From Myxococcota bacterium (GTDB lineage Bacteria > Myxococcota_A > Polyangia > Nannocystales > Nannocystaceae), in the NCBI GenBank assembly GCA_039028615.1, contig JBCCHT010000021.1, forward strand, positions 147,821-211,820: a DNA stretch of 64,000 nt. The letters are read 5' to 3'. The notes below the pieces were generated by a model, which was not told the DNA's origin, did no database searches, and saw only the letters and a program-made list of their open reading frames with translations. The translations under genes were made by a program, and so were the position numbers. Shown here piece after piece: positions 9,181-18,200 of this stretch (position 1 is its first letter; each line of letters opens with the position of its first letter).

Positions 9181-11109
9181 ATGGAACGCGCATTCGATCG
9201 AATCCTCGTGATCATGTTCGAAAACCAGTATCGCGAGTACGTGATGGCCAACCCCTATATGCGTGGGCTCGCGCGGCAGGGGATCGACATGGCCAACTTT
9301 CACGGCGTGATGCATCCGTCGCAGACCAACTACATCGCCTCGGTGTCGGGCGAGCTGTGCAACGTCACCGACGACGACTCGCCGGGCCTGCTGCCGCAGC
9401 GCACCATCGTGGACCTCATCGAGGAGGCTCCCGGTGACCTACAGTGGAAGGCGTACATGGATGGCTATCGGCCGGCCAAGACGCCCTGGACCCCGGAGCT
9501 GGTGCCACAGGACGACTTCCCCTACGTCATCAAGCACAACCCGTTTTCATCGTACGGCAACATCGTGCGCAACGAGTTGCGGTGGAAGCGAATCGTGGAC
9601 CAGACGCAGTTCTTCCGCGACGTGCTCAACGGCGAGCTGCCCCACTACGCCTGGTTTACGCCAGACATGTGGAACGACGGGCACTACACCGACGGGACCC
9701 AGAGCGAGCCGGCGGAGCGCGCCCCGGCCCTGGTCGACCAGCTGGCGCGGTGGCTCGAGGAGTTCTTCGGGGCGCTCGACTTTCCTGGGCCCGACTCGAG
9801 GCTGCCCAAGGGCACCCTGGTCGTGGTGACCTTCGACGAGTCCGATTTCCTGAAGAAGTTCGATGCGGGCAAGAAGTACACCTACGACGGTCCGAACCAG
9901 GTCTATACCGTGCTGCTGGGCGACATGATCGAGCCCGGCGTGCAGGACGGGGCCTACAACCACTACAACTTGCTGCGCACGATCGAGCTGAACTTCGGGC
10001 TCGGCGACCTGGGCAAGAACGACGCGGGGGCGACTCCGCTGCGGTTTTTGTGGGGGCAGACCTTCGACTGGGAGCCGCCCGAGGATACGCCGATCCACAC
10101 CCATGGCCACGTCGCGAGCGCGGGCCTGGGGGATGTGCTGCACGTGGTCGTCCGTGATGAAGACGGCGGCTTGCGGCACACGACCTTCAACGGCCAGGCC
10201 TGGGGGGTGCCCCGACCGATCGGAGCTCGTTCGACCGGTCCGCTGTGCATGGCCGCGAGGGGCGACCAGCTGGTGCTGATGTTCGCGGGCGACAAGGGGC
10301 AGCTGTCGTCGTTGACCTACGACCTTCAGCACGGCTGGTCCTCCGAGCCCGAGGCCGTGGCCGTGGGGGAGAGCCGACACATCGCGTTGTGTGCCTTCGG
10401 AGGCGGCAGCGAGCTGATGGCCGTGTGGGTCGACGGGGAGGCGATCAAGTCGCGCCGCTACGACGGCTCGGGTTGGGCGCCCGACACGACCGACACCGGG
10501 CACACCACCCAAGGGGCGCTGGCCATCGGTGCGATCGGCCCTTCGCTGTTCTTGGTGTTCCAGAGCGAGGATGGGGGCCTGAGCGCGGTTACCTACAACA
10601 CCGCGGACTTCAACACGACGACCGTCGCCACCTCCAAGTACTCGGGACCGTGGGATGACACCGTGGCCAACCAGTGGTCGCCGAGCGCATTCGCGGTGGG
10701 GCGTTTCGGCGCCGCAGCGTTCGAAGGGACGCCGAAGGAACTCGAGCCCGTCACCGTGCCGGTCGAGTCCGGGGCCCCGGTGGTCATGGCCGCCCACGAC
10801 GGCACATTGCACCTCGCCCACGCGGGGGTGGCCAACCGTCAGCTGCTCACCGAGCGCTTCTCGGTGCCCGGTGTTCTCACGCCCAAGCTCCGCGTCTCGT
10901 ACAAGGCCACCGAGGACAAGACCACCAGCAACGGCTACGGCACGCTGGCCGAGGCCGGGTGGACGAGCTCGGAGCCCATCGACTTCAGCTGGGTCGGTGA
11001 AGGCGGGGCCGCCAGCATGGCGACCGTGGGCGACGAGCTGGTGCTGCTCGCACAGCCCGAGGCGGGCGGCCCGTTGCAGATCCTCGTGGCGGGCTACGAG
11101 CAAGAGTGA
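9181..11109 (+). CDS. Phosphoesterase (acid phosphatase/PLC family) with C-terminal beta-propeller-like repeat domain
   Basis: FDRILVIMFENQ, HPSQTNYIA, KHNPF, PDMWNDGH, VVTFDES, YNHYNLLRTIE; the C-terminal half has Trp/Gly-rich beta repeats. Starts 4 nt after the previous stop. Confidence 0.85.
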   Translation: MERAFDRILVIMFENQYREYVMANPYMRGLARQGIDMANFHGVMHPSQTNYIASVSGELCNVTDDDSPGLLPQRTIVDLIEEAPGDLQWKAYMDGYRPAKTPWTPELVPQDDFPYVIKHNPFSSYGNIVRNELRWKRIVDQTQFFRDVLNGELPHYAWFTPDMWNDGHYTDGTQSEPAERAPALVDQLARWLEEFFGALDFPGPDSRLPKGTLVVVTFDESDFLKKFDAGKKYTYDGPNQVYTVLLGDMIEPGVQDGAYNHYNLLRTIELNFGLGDLGKNDAGATPLRFLWGQTFDWEPPEDTPIHTHGHVASAGLGDVLHVVVRDEDGGLRHTTFNGQAWGVPRPIGARSTGPLCMAARGDQLVLMFAGDKGQLSSLTYDLQHGWSSEPEAVAVGESRHIALCAFGGGSELMAVWVDGEAIKSRRYDGSGWAPDTTDTGHTTQGALAIGAIGPSLFLVFQSEDGGLSAVTYNTADFNTTTVATSKYSGPWDDTVANQWSPSAFAVGRFGAAAFEGTPKELEPVTVPVESGAPVVMAAHDGTLHLAHAGVANRQLLTERFSVPGVLTPKLRVSYKATEDKTTSNGYGTLAEAGWTSSEPIDFSWVGEGGAASMATVGDELVLLAQPEAGGPLQILVAGYEQE

Positions 11110-11119
11110 CGGGCGGTGA

Positions 11120-11155
11120 CCGAAGCCGGGCGGACCGAGTCATGCCCGGCTTCGG
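11120..11155. terminator. GC-rich hairpin between convergent genes (possible bidirectional terminator)
   Basis: Perfect 12-bp inverted repeat CCGAAGCCGGGC / GCCCGGCTTCGG with a 12-nt loop; no U-tract. Confidence 0.55.
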
Positions 11156-11170
11156 CGGTTCATCGGCCGT

Positions 11171-14089
11171 TCAGCGAGCCGTGTCGCACGCCTCGAGCCA
11201 CTGCTCCACGTCTGCGATCTCATTGGACGCCCCAGGGCCGTATTCGACGTAGGCTTTGTGGGCGCGTCGGGCGAGGGCGCATGCCTCGTTCGAGGGGGAA
11301 GCCGTGCCGGTCATGACGCGGGCCTGAACGAACTGCACGCTGGCGAGAATGTCTGGGTGACCCTCGATCGCATCGGCGATTGCTGCGGCGTGGTCGGCGT
11401 GGTGCTTTGCCCGATCGAAGTCGCGCTGCTCGACCGCGACATCGGCGAGGCCCACCAGGGTCCGCGCCGTGGCGGGGTGCTCGGGACCCAGCGCCCATTG
11501 CTGGACATCAAACGCCCGCTGCAGGTGCTCTCGTGCGTCCTCTAGGCGCCCCATCTCGATGAGCAGGAGGCCGAGGTAGCAGTCGTCGTAGGCGACGAAG
11601 GGATGATTGGGGCCGAGGTGAGCCAGCTCGATCCGCCGGGCACTTCGGTAGGCCTGCTCGGCATCTTCGAATTTGTGCTGGGACATGAGGATATGGCCGA
11701 GGTTGGCGAGGATCGGAGCGAGCGTATGGTGCTCTCGCCCGTTTGCCCGCTCGACAAAGCGGAGCTTCTGGCGGGTGTGTGCCTCGGCCTCGGCATAGCG
11801 TCCCTGGAGCGCCTCGAGGTTGGCGAGGCGCCCCACGAGCCGCTCGGGAGCGAGCTCGGGGTCTGCAGAGAAACCCTCGGCCATCTCGATCGCCCGGCCA
11901 TAGGTGATCCGGGCGTCCTCGAGCTTGCTCTGGCAGAGCAGCACGTCGCCTAGCATGAGCTGGACCTTCGAGGCATCCGGTGACGTTGGGGACGGCAGCT
12001 GCCCGTGGATGTCTTCGGCCTCACGGAGCAGCCGTTCCGCGCCGACACAGTTCCCCTTCTGCTTGTCGATGCGGGCGAGCAAGAACAACGCGTTGGCGAC
12101 GGCGGGGTGATGAGGACCCAACGAATCCCGGCGGGCATCGAGGGCCCACGTGGCGTGTCCTGCGGCGGCCTCGAATCGGCCCTGCTCCATCAGCGTGGCG
12201 GCCAGGCCGTGGTGGGTGTTGCCGACGAGCTGGTGATGAGGCCCCAGTCGCGATGCTCGCTCGGTGAGCGCACGACGATGGAAGCTCTCCGCCTCGCGGT
12301 AGCGACCGTTGTCGTCGAGGATGGTGCCCAAGGTCTGATGGACCATGGCCTGCGCGAGCACGTCGTCACGACGTCGGGCTAGGGCCATCGCGCTGGAGGC
12401 CCACGTGATGCCGGCTTGGTGCTGGGACGCGACGAAGCCGAGCTCATGGGCGAGACGGATCGCACTCGAGAATGCCAGCCGGTCGTATCCGTGCTCGAGG
12501 GCGACGGGATAGGCACGCTCGAGGTCACCGCGAGCCCCGTCGAAGTCACCGAGGTCGGATCGCAGGGCGCCTCGTTGCACCCACGTCTCCACTTGCAGCT
12601 CGAGGTCCCCCGAGGCTCGTGCTCGCTCGGCGAGCGGTTCCAATCGTTCGAGCGCGTCGGCAAATCGCCCCACGTGCTGAAGCGCCTCCACGACGGCCAG
12701 CGAGTGTCGCACCTGAGTCGCGAGGACCGACGGCGGCTCACTCGAGCGCTCGTCCAGGTTTTCGCAGCGAGTGAGCGGCGGCAGGCCTTCGACCAGGGTG
12801 ACGGCCTCATCGACGATGCGATCGTCTGCATCAGCCAGGAGATCGACGGTCGCGGCGATGTGGGCCCGAAGGTCGCCGAGGCACCTCAGGGTGGGGTCAC
12901 TGACGGGCGCTTCGGCGAGCTGACCCTCGCAGGCCCCTCGGTAGCGGCGGGCCCACGCGCCCACGTATTGGCCGAGATCGGACTCGACCCGCTCCCACGT
13001 CTCGGAGGCGTAGGGACGGCTGGTGGCGAGCAGAGACTGCTGCACCTCGAGCTGTGTCTCCTCGCTCCACACCCCCTGCCGCAGGGCTCCCTCGTCGGGG
13101 CACGCCCCCCGCCCTTGGGCTCCGAACAGGGCACCCGCCGTCGCCATCGAGCCGAGCATGACGACCAGTGCGGCTCGTCGACGTCGGGAGCGTCGATGGC
13201 TGGCGTCGATCTCGAGCAGCAAGACCTCGAGCGAGGGCCATCGCGCGGCAGGATCTTCTCGGAGCCCTCGCCACAGCGCCCGGCGTAGCCACCGGGGCGC
13301 GGGGTGTCCCCACGGAGGCTCGGTGGGGGTGTTGCGATCGTCGTCGCCGAAGGGGAGCTTGCCGAACAGCGCCTCGTACAGGGATACGCAGAAGCTGAAC
13401 TGGTCGCTGCGATGGTCGGCGACCTGTCCGTGTCGCAGCTCGGGGGCGATGTAGCCTCGGGTCCCGACCACCACGCGGGTGGAGATGGTGGTCTCCGTCA
13501 GCGGGGAGCGGCCAGGATCGGCCTGGGCGAGGCCGAAGTCCAGGACTCGAACGCGCCCGTACTCGTCGCGGATGCAGTTGCTGGGCTTGAAGTCGCGATG
13601 CACCAGCCCGGCCGAGTGCGCGGCGGCGAGACCACGGCCCGCCTGCAGGTAGGCGTCGAGGCACGCGGACCAGTGGCGGCCCGGGCGTTGCCACTCGGCG
13701 AGCGTGGAGCCGGTGACCTGCTCCATCACGATGAACGGGGTCCCGTCGATCTCGCCCACTTCGTGGATCTGGACGACGTTGGGGTGAGACAGCTTGGCGA
13801 GCGCCTGCGCCTCGTGCATCAAGCGGCGGTCGTCGGCGTTTCGCAGGCGCTCTCGCAGGAGCTTGACCGCCACCGTTCGATCGAGCTTGGGGTCGTAGGC
13901 CTCGTAGACCTTGCCCATACCCCCTCGTCCGAGCTCGCGCTGGATGACGAAGCGGTCGATCTGCGTGCGGACGGGGCCTCCGTGGGACGGGAACAAGCGG
14001 GCTTTGATCGCGGAGCGCTGTCGCGTGCCGACCGGGTCGTCGATGGACACGCCGGCCAAGCACCGCTCGATGTCCTCGTCATGAAGCAT
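11171..14089 (-). CDS. Membrane Ser/Thr protein kinase with TPR repeats
   Basis: [38 protein letters not shown]; a TM segment; C-terminal TPR repeats. Confidence 0.92.
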   Translation of the reverse strand: MLHDEDIERCLAGVSIDDPVGTRQRSAIKARLFPSHGGPVRTQIDRFVIQRELGRGGMGKVYEAYDPKLDRTVAVKLLRERLRNADDRRLMHEAQALAKLSHPNVVQIHEVGEIDGTPFIVMEQVTGSTLAEWQRPGRHWSACLDAYLQAGRGLAAAHSAGLVHRDFKPSNCIRDEYGRVRVLDFGLAQADPGRSPLTETTISTRVVVGTRGYIAPELRHGQVADHRSDQFSFCVSLYEALFGKLPFGDDDRNTPTEPPWGHPAPRWLRRALWRGLREDPAARWPSLEVLLLEIDASHRRSRRRRAALVVMLGSMATAGALFGAQGRGACPDEGALRQGVWSEETQLEVQQSLLATSRPYASETWERVESDLGQYVGAWARRYRGACEGQLAEAPVSDPTLRCLGDLRAHIAATVDLLADADDRIVDEAVTLVEGLPPLTRCENLDERSSEPPSVLATQVRHSLAVVEALQHVGRFADALERLEPLAERARASGDLELQVETWVQRGALRSDLGDFDGARGDLERAYPVALEHGYDRLAFSSAIRLAHELGFVASQHQAGITWASSAMALARRRDDVLAQAMVHQTLGTILDDNGRYREAESFHRRALTERASRLGPHHQLVGNTHHGLAATLMEQGRFEAAAGHATWALDARRDSLGPHHPAVANALFLLARIDKQKGNCVGAERLLREAEDIHGQLPSPTSPDASKVQLMLGDVLLCQSKLEDARITYGRAIEMAEGFSADPELAPERLVGRLANLEALQGRYAEAEAHTRQKLRFVERANGREHHTLAPILANLGHILMSQHKFEDAEQAYRSARRIELAHLGPNHPFVAYDDCYLGLLLIEMGRLEDAREHLQRAFDVQQWALGPEHPATARTLVGLADVAVEQRDFDRAKHHADHAAAIADAIEGHPDILASVQFVQARVMTGTASPSNEACALARRAHKAYVEYGPGASNEIADVEQWLEACDTAR

Positions 14090-14792
14090 CGTCGAGCTTC
14101 CGTACTCGAGCGGCCCACCCTTCGAGGGTCGTCATCGTGGAGTCCAGGGCCTGGCCGGATCGAGCCAAGCGCTCCATTTGCTGCTCGAGGACCTGCTTGG
14201 CGCGCAAGAGCCGGTTCTTCACGGTGGAGTCGGGAATCTCCAGCACTTCGGCGAGCTCTCGCAGCTTGAGCCCCTCCCAGTACCGCAGCTCGAGCAGGAC
14301 CTGCGTCTGCAGCGGCACGCTACGGAGCGCGGCGAGCATCATCCGCTTGCTCTCGTCGTCGGCGATGACGTCGCTCGGGGTCTGCCCCATGTCTTCCACC
14401 GACATGCTGCCGAGCGCGGCGTGGTTGCGCGGGCCGAAGGCTCGGCGGCATCGGGACAGCCAGATGTGGGTCGCAATTCCCAGCAAGAACGTGCGAAAGG
14501 ACGAGGTGCCGCGGAACCTCGCGGCCGACTCCACACACTCGAGGAAGGTGGTCTGGATGAGGTCTTCCCGCTCGCAGGGATCGAGGACCTTGTTGTGGAA
14601 GAAGCGCTCGGCGACGGGGTAATAGCGCTCGAACAGCGTTTCTCCGGCAGAGGAGGCGCCGCCCTGCCAGGCGGTCAAAAGTTCGGGGTCGGTGGGTGAG
14701 GGTCCCAAGTTCCTTCGACTCCAATCGACGCGGACCGTAGCCGATGGCCAATGGCCTGTCGACGTTCGATCACGCGCGCCTTTTTTTCGCAA
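14079..14792 (-). CDS. ECF RNA polymerase sigma-70 factor (start uncertain, may be further downstream)
   Basis: Region 2 EDLIQTTFL...SSFRTFLLGIA; region 4 LELRYWEGLKLRELAEVLEIPDSTVKNRLLRAK. Overlaps the kinase start. Confidence 0.9.
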   Translation of the reverse strand: MRKKGARDRTSTGHWPSATVRVDWSRRNLGPSPTDPELLTAWQGGASSAGETLFERYYPVAERFFHNKVLDPCEREDLIQTTFLECVESAARFRGTSSFRTFLLGIATHIWLSRCRRAFGPRNHAALGSMSVEDMGQTPSDVIADDESKRMMLAALRSVPLQTQVLLELRYWEGLKLRELAEVLEIPDSTVKNRLLRAKQVLEQQMERLARSGQALDSTMTTLEGWAARVRKLDDAS

Positions 14793-14936
14793 TCAAACCG
14801 AGGGCGGGCGCGACTCACTCGACCTGGCCGCACAGGGGGGCGGTGCTCGTTCCGTTTTGGTCGTTCAACTCGTGCAATCAAACGCCGGCGTCGCGCGACT
14901 CAACTACTCGGGGCTCGAGAGGCCTCGCACTCGCTC

Positions 14937-16625
14937 ATGAACGCACGCAGCTTCCTCCTGATTTGTTCTGTGCCCCTGGGATGCATCACGGACGTGCCAG
15001 GCCCTCCGCTCGGCTCGGGGACCTTTGGTTCGGACACGGGAGGCTCCGCTGACTCGGCCGAGACCGAAGCGGTGGACGACACCGCGGACGGAGGCGGAGA
15101 GGGGGGCGGCTGCTCGTCGATGGGAGATTGCTCGCCCGGGGAAGCCTGCGGTGACGCCGAAGATTGCGCCAGCGGGCACTGCGTCGACGGGGTGTGCTGT
15201 GCCTCCGAGTGTGACGCGGGCTGCTACTCGTGCGCGCCGGAGACGGGGGAGTGCGTGCCGGACGGGGCGGGCTCCGACCCGGCGGGGGACTGTGCATCGG
15301 GTACCTGCGATGGCGCGGGGCAGTGCACCTCGGGCGAGCCGCAGTGGGCGGACAGCTACGGGGCACCGCCCGACGGAGACGCCGACGGGAACGACGACGG
15401 AACCGGGATCACGGTCGATGGCGCCGGCAACGTGTATGTGGTGGGGGCGTTCTCGGGCTCCATCGACATCGCGGGCCCGACGCTGACCGCGGGGGGTGGC
15501 AACGATATGTTCGTCGCGAGTTTCGCCCCCGATGGTGCTCCCCGCTGGAGCATCGGGGTCGGCACGGTCGGTCACGATCGCGGCAACGGGATCGCCATCA
15601 CCAGCGAGGGCACGGTGGTCGCGGTCGGCATCATGGCGGACGACCCCGGCGTGGGTGCACCGTGGCCCGAGCAGGGCCCGCAGGGCCTCGTGCTGAATCT
15701 GAACCCCGATGGCACGGTCGTTGGGAGTACGGCGATCGTCGGCACGGAGTCCAGCCGGGCCATGGGGGTCGCGGCGGGCCCCGACGGCTCGGTCTACGTC
15801 ACCGGTGGTTTCTTCGGCACGCTGCAGGCGAACACCGAGCACGTCGGCGCGGGCAACGAGGATCTGTTCGTTGTGCGCCTCGATTCGTCGCTCGCCCCCG
15901 TGTGGTCCTGGACTCGCGGTGGCGCGACCAAGGACCTCGGCCGCGGGATTGCGGTGGGGCCCGGCGGCGAGCTGGCGGTGACCGGCTTCCTCGATGAAGG
16001 CCTCGACGAGGGCGTGGACTCCTCGGCCGACGTCTACATTGCCGTCTTTGGCGAGGGGCCCAACCCCGCGCCGACGTGGGATCGTCGCTATGAATCGCCG
16101 ACCGTCGCCCTCGACAAGGGGCACCACGTCGAGTTCACGCCCAACGGCGATCTGGTCGCCGCCGGCTTCTTCGGCGGCTCCATCGACTTCGACGACGGAG
16201 TCCAGACGACCGCGGGCGATCGCGATGGCTTTGTCGCGCGGCTGCGCGGCGACACGGGCGCGCCGCTATGGGCGACGACGTTCGGCGCGGCGGGCATCGA
16301 CATCGCCCACGGAGCGGTGCTCGATCCGGCGGGCAATGTGACCGTGGTGGGGCAGTTCAGCGAGCAGCCGTCGCTGGGCCCCGACACGCTCGCTGCGGTC
16401 GGAGAGCGGGATGCCCTCGTGGCGAAGTTGCGCGGGGACGATGGTGCGTTCCTGTGGAGCGCGGGCTTCGGGGGCACGGCGTCCGATCTGTTCAGCGACG
16501 CCGTCCACGACTCCACGGGGGCCGTGCTGGTGACGGGGCGGTTCTCGTCCAGCGCTCAGTTCGGCCCGAGCGACCTGACCGCGTCCGATGGCAGCGACGT
16601 TCTGATCATGAAGCTCGATCCTTGA
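14937..16625 (+). CDS. Putative lipoprotein with Cys-rich region and SBBP-like beta-propeller repeats
   Basis: Signal-like N-terminus ending PLGC; CASGHCVDGVCC..C motif; repeated GITVDGAGNVYVVGAF-type blades. Confidence 0.75.
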   Translation: MNARSFLLICSVPLGCITDVPGPPLGSGTFGSDTGGSADSAETEAVDDTADGGGEGGGCSSMGDCSPGEACGDAEDCASGHCVDGVCCASECDAGCYSCAPETGECVPDGAGSDPAGDCASGTCDGAGQCTSGEPQWADSYGAPPDGDADGNDDGTGITVDGAGNVYVVGAFSGSIDIAGPTLTAGGGNDMFVASFAPDGAPRWSIGVGTVGHDRGNGIAITSEGTVVAVGIMADDPGVGAPWPEQGPQGLVLNLNPDGTVVGSTAIVGTESSRAMGVAAGPDGSVYVTGGFFGTLQANTEHVGAGNEDLFVVRLDSSLAPVWSWTRGGATKDLGRGIAVGPGGELAVTGFLDEGLDEGVDSSADVYIAVFGEGPNPAPTWDRRYESPTVALDKGHHVEFTPNGDLVAAGFFGGSIDFDDGVQTTAGDRDGFVARLRGDTGAPLWATTFGAAGIDIAHGAVLDPAGNVTVVGQFSEQPSLGPDTLAAVGERDALVAKLRGDDGAFLWSAGFGGTASDLFSDAVHDSTGAVLVTGRFSSSAQFGPSDLTASDGSDVLIMKLDP

Positions 16626-16647
16626 GCGAGCCGGAGGCGGCCGAGCT

Positions 16648-17577
16648 CTAGGCTCGTTGCTCTGCTCGGTACCGTCCGGGGCCGACGCCGACGTGTCGCC
16701 GGAAGGCTCGGTTGAACGAAGCCTCGGACCGGTACCCCACGCTGGCCGCGACCTCGGCCAGCGGCACGCCTCGCGAGCGCAGGGCCGCCTTCGCCTTCTC
16801 CATGCGCCACTGGGTCACGTACTGGATGGGCGTGACGCCTACCATGCGGTTGAACTGCTCGGAGAAGCTGGTGCGGCTCATCCCCGCGCTCTTGGCCAGT
16901 CGTGCCACCGTCCAGTTCTCCGACGGTCGCTCGTGAATCTTCGCCAGTGCTCGCCCCAGGTGCGGATCACGGATCGCCGCCACCGGCCCGGCGACGTCTC
17001 CTCGCCGCTCGACCCACGCGCGGAGCACCTGGATGAACAGGATCTCGGCCATCCGAGAGGTCACCGCGTGGGCGCCAGGGCGGTCGACTCGGACCTCGTC
17101 CCCCAAAAAGCGCATGGCGTCGTCGAGCCAGCGGTAGTCGGAGCGGGCCCGGGCGGGAAAGTGAAGCACGGGGGGCAGCGCGTCGAGCAGCGGGTGCAAG
17201 GTGCCTCGCTCGAATGCGAAGTGGCCACAGACGAGCATGGTGAACTCACCCCCGCCGCCATGGACGAAAGGGGTCTCGCCCTCGAACTGGGCGTCTCGCA
17301 GGGCGTCATCGAGGTCCACGTAGTGCTCCGTGCTCGAGTCCGCGATGGTGTGCGCGCTCCCATGGGGCACGACGAGCAGGTCGCCACGGTTCAACGTGAT
17401 GGGCTCGGCTTCTGATCCGGCGACCCGGACCCGGCAGGAGCCCTCGAGGCCGATATGGAACCGAGCGGCATTGCCGAACTCGGGGACGGCGAGCCCGAAT
17501 GGGGCACTGAACTCCCCGCGGAAGTACAGCATGCCGGTCAGCTCGAAGGCATCCAGGATGTCGCTGAGTACGTCCAT
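16648..17577 (-). CDS. AraC-family transcriptional regulator with N-terminal cupin domain (RclR-like)
   Basis: MDVLSDIL start; WTVARLAKSAGMSRTSF and VGYRSEASFNRAFRR HTH motifs. Confidence 0.9.
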   Translation of the reverse strand: MDVLSDILDAFELTGMLYFRGEFSAPFGLAVPEFGNAARFHIGLEGSCRVRVAGSEAEPITLNRGDLLVVPHGSAHTIADSSTEHYVDLDDALRDAQFEGETPFVHGGGGEFTMLVCGHFAFERGTLHPLLDALPPVLHFPARARSDYRWLDDAMRFLGDEVRVDRPGAHAVTSRMAEILFIQVLRAWVERRGDVAGPVAAIRDPHLGRALAKIHERPSENWTVARLAKSAGMSRTSFSEQFNRMVGVTPIQYVTQWRMEKAKAALRSRGVPLAEVAASVGYRSEASFNRAFRRHVGVGPGRYRAEQRA

Positions 17578-17644
17578 CACCTCGGACCCCCGTGTGCGCC
17601 GAGGCAGAGTCGACCGCGATCGCTCTGCCTCGCGCGCGGGTCGT

Positions 17645-17998
17645 TCAGGGGTTGTAGTAGCGCTCGTGGACCACGACCCCGCCGCTCCACTGGCGACGAA
17701 TGACCTCGTTCCACACGATCGGGTTGCCGTCGCCCCCGACCATGTCGAAGGTCCACTCCGACAGGGTGACGCCATCGCCGACGCCAGAGCTGTGCAGCGT
17801 GGCGCCGTTGAACTTGGACAAGCTGCCCAAAAAGCCCTCTAGGCGGGTCTTGTTGGCCGCTCGTCCTTCGGTGGGGGCGGCGGTGCCTTCCTGCATCACG
17901 ACGTTCTTGCAGTAGAATTCGTCGAGGGCACCGAGCACGTCGCCGGCTTGAATGCGTGCATTGAGGGCGGCCTCGCGATCTTCGATTTTCGTACTCAT
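17645..17998 (-). CDS. SnoaL-like / NTF2-fold protein
   Basis: MSTKIEDREAALN..ALDEFY..VVMQE..EW..RQWSGGVVVHERYYNP; about 117 aa. Confidence 0.75.
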   Translation of the reverse strand: MSTKIEDREAALNARIQAGDVLGALDEFYCKNVVMQEGTAAPTEGRAANKTRLEGFLGSLSKFNGATLHSSGVGDGVTLSEWTFDMVGGDGNPIVWNEVIRRQWSGGVVVHERYYNP

Positions 17999-18200
17999 TC
18001 GACTGTTCCTCGTTCGGCTGCGTTGTCGTTGCAGCCGAGAGGAACACTGACACCGCGGATCGGGACGGACCATGCTCGAGCGTCCGCGGCCATTGCTCCA
18101 GCGTACGAGTCGAGGCGTTCGCGACGGACGACCGGTGGGGGGCGGGGGGCTCGCAGTGGCGCACGATGCCCATGGTGCCGCCGCTTCCTCGCGGCCGACC

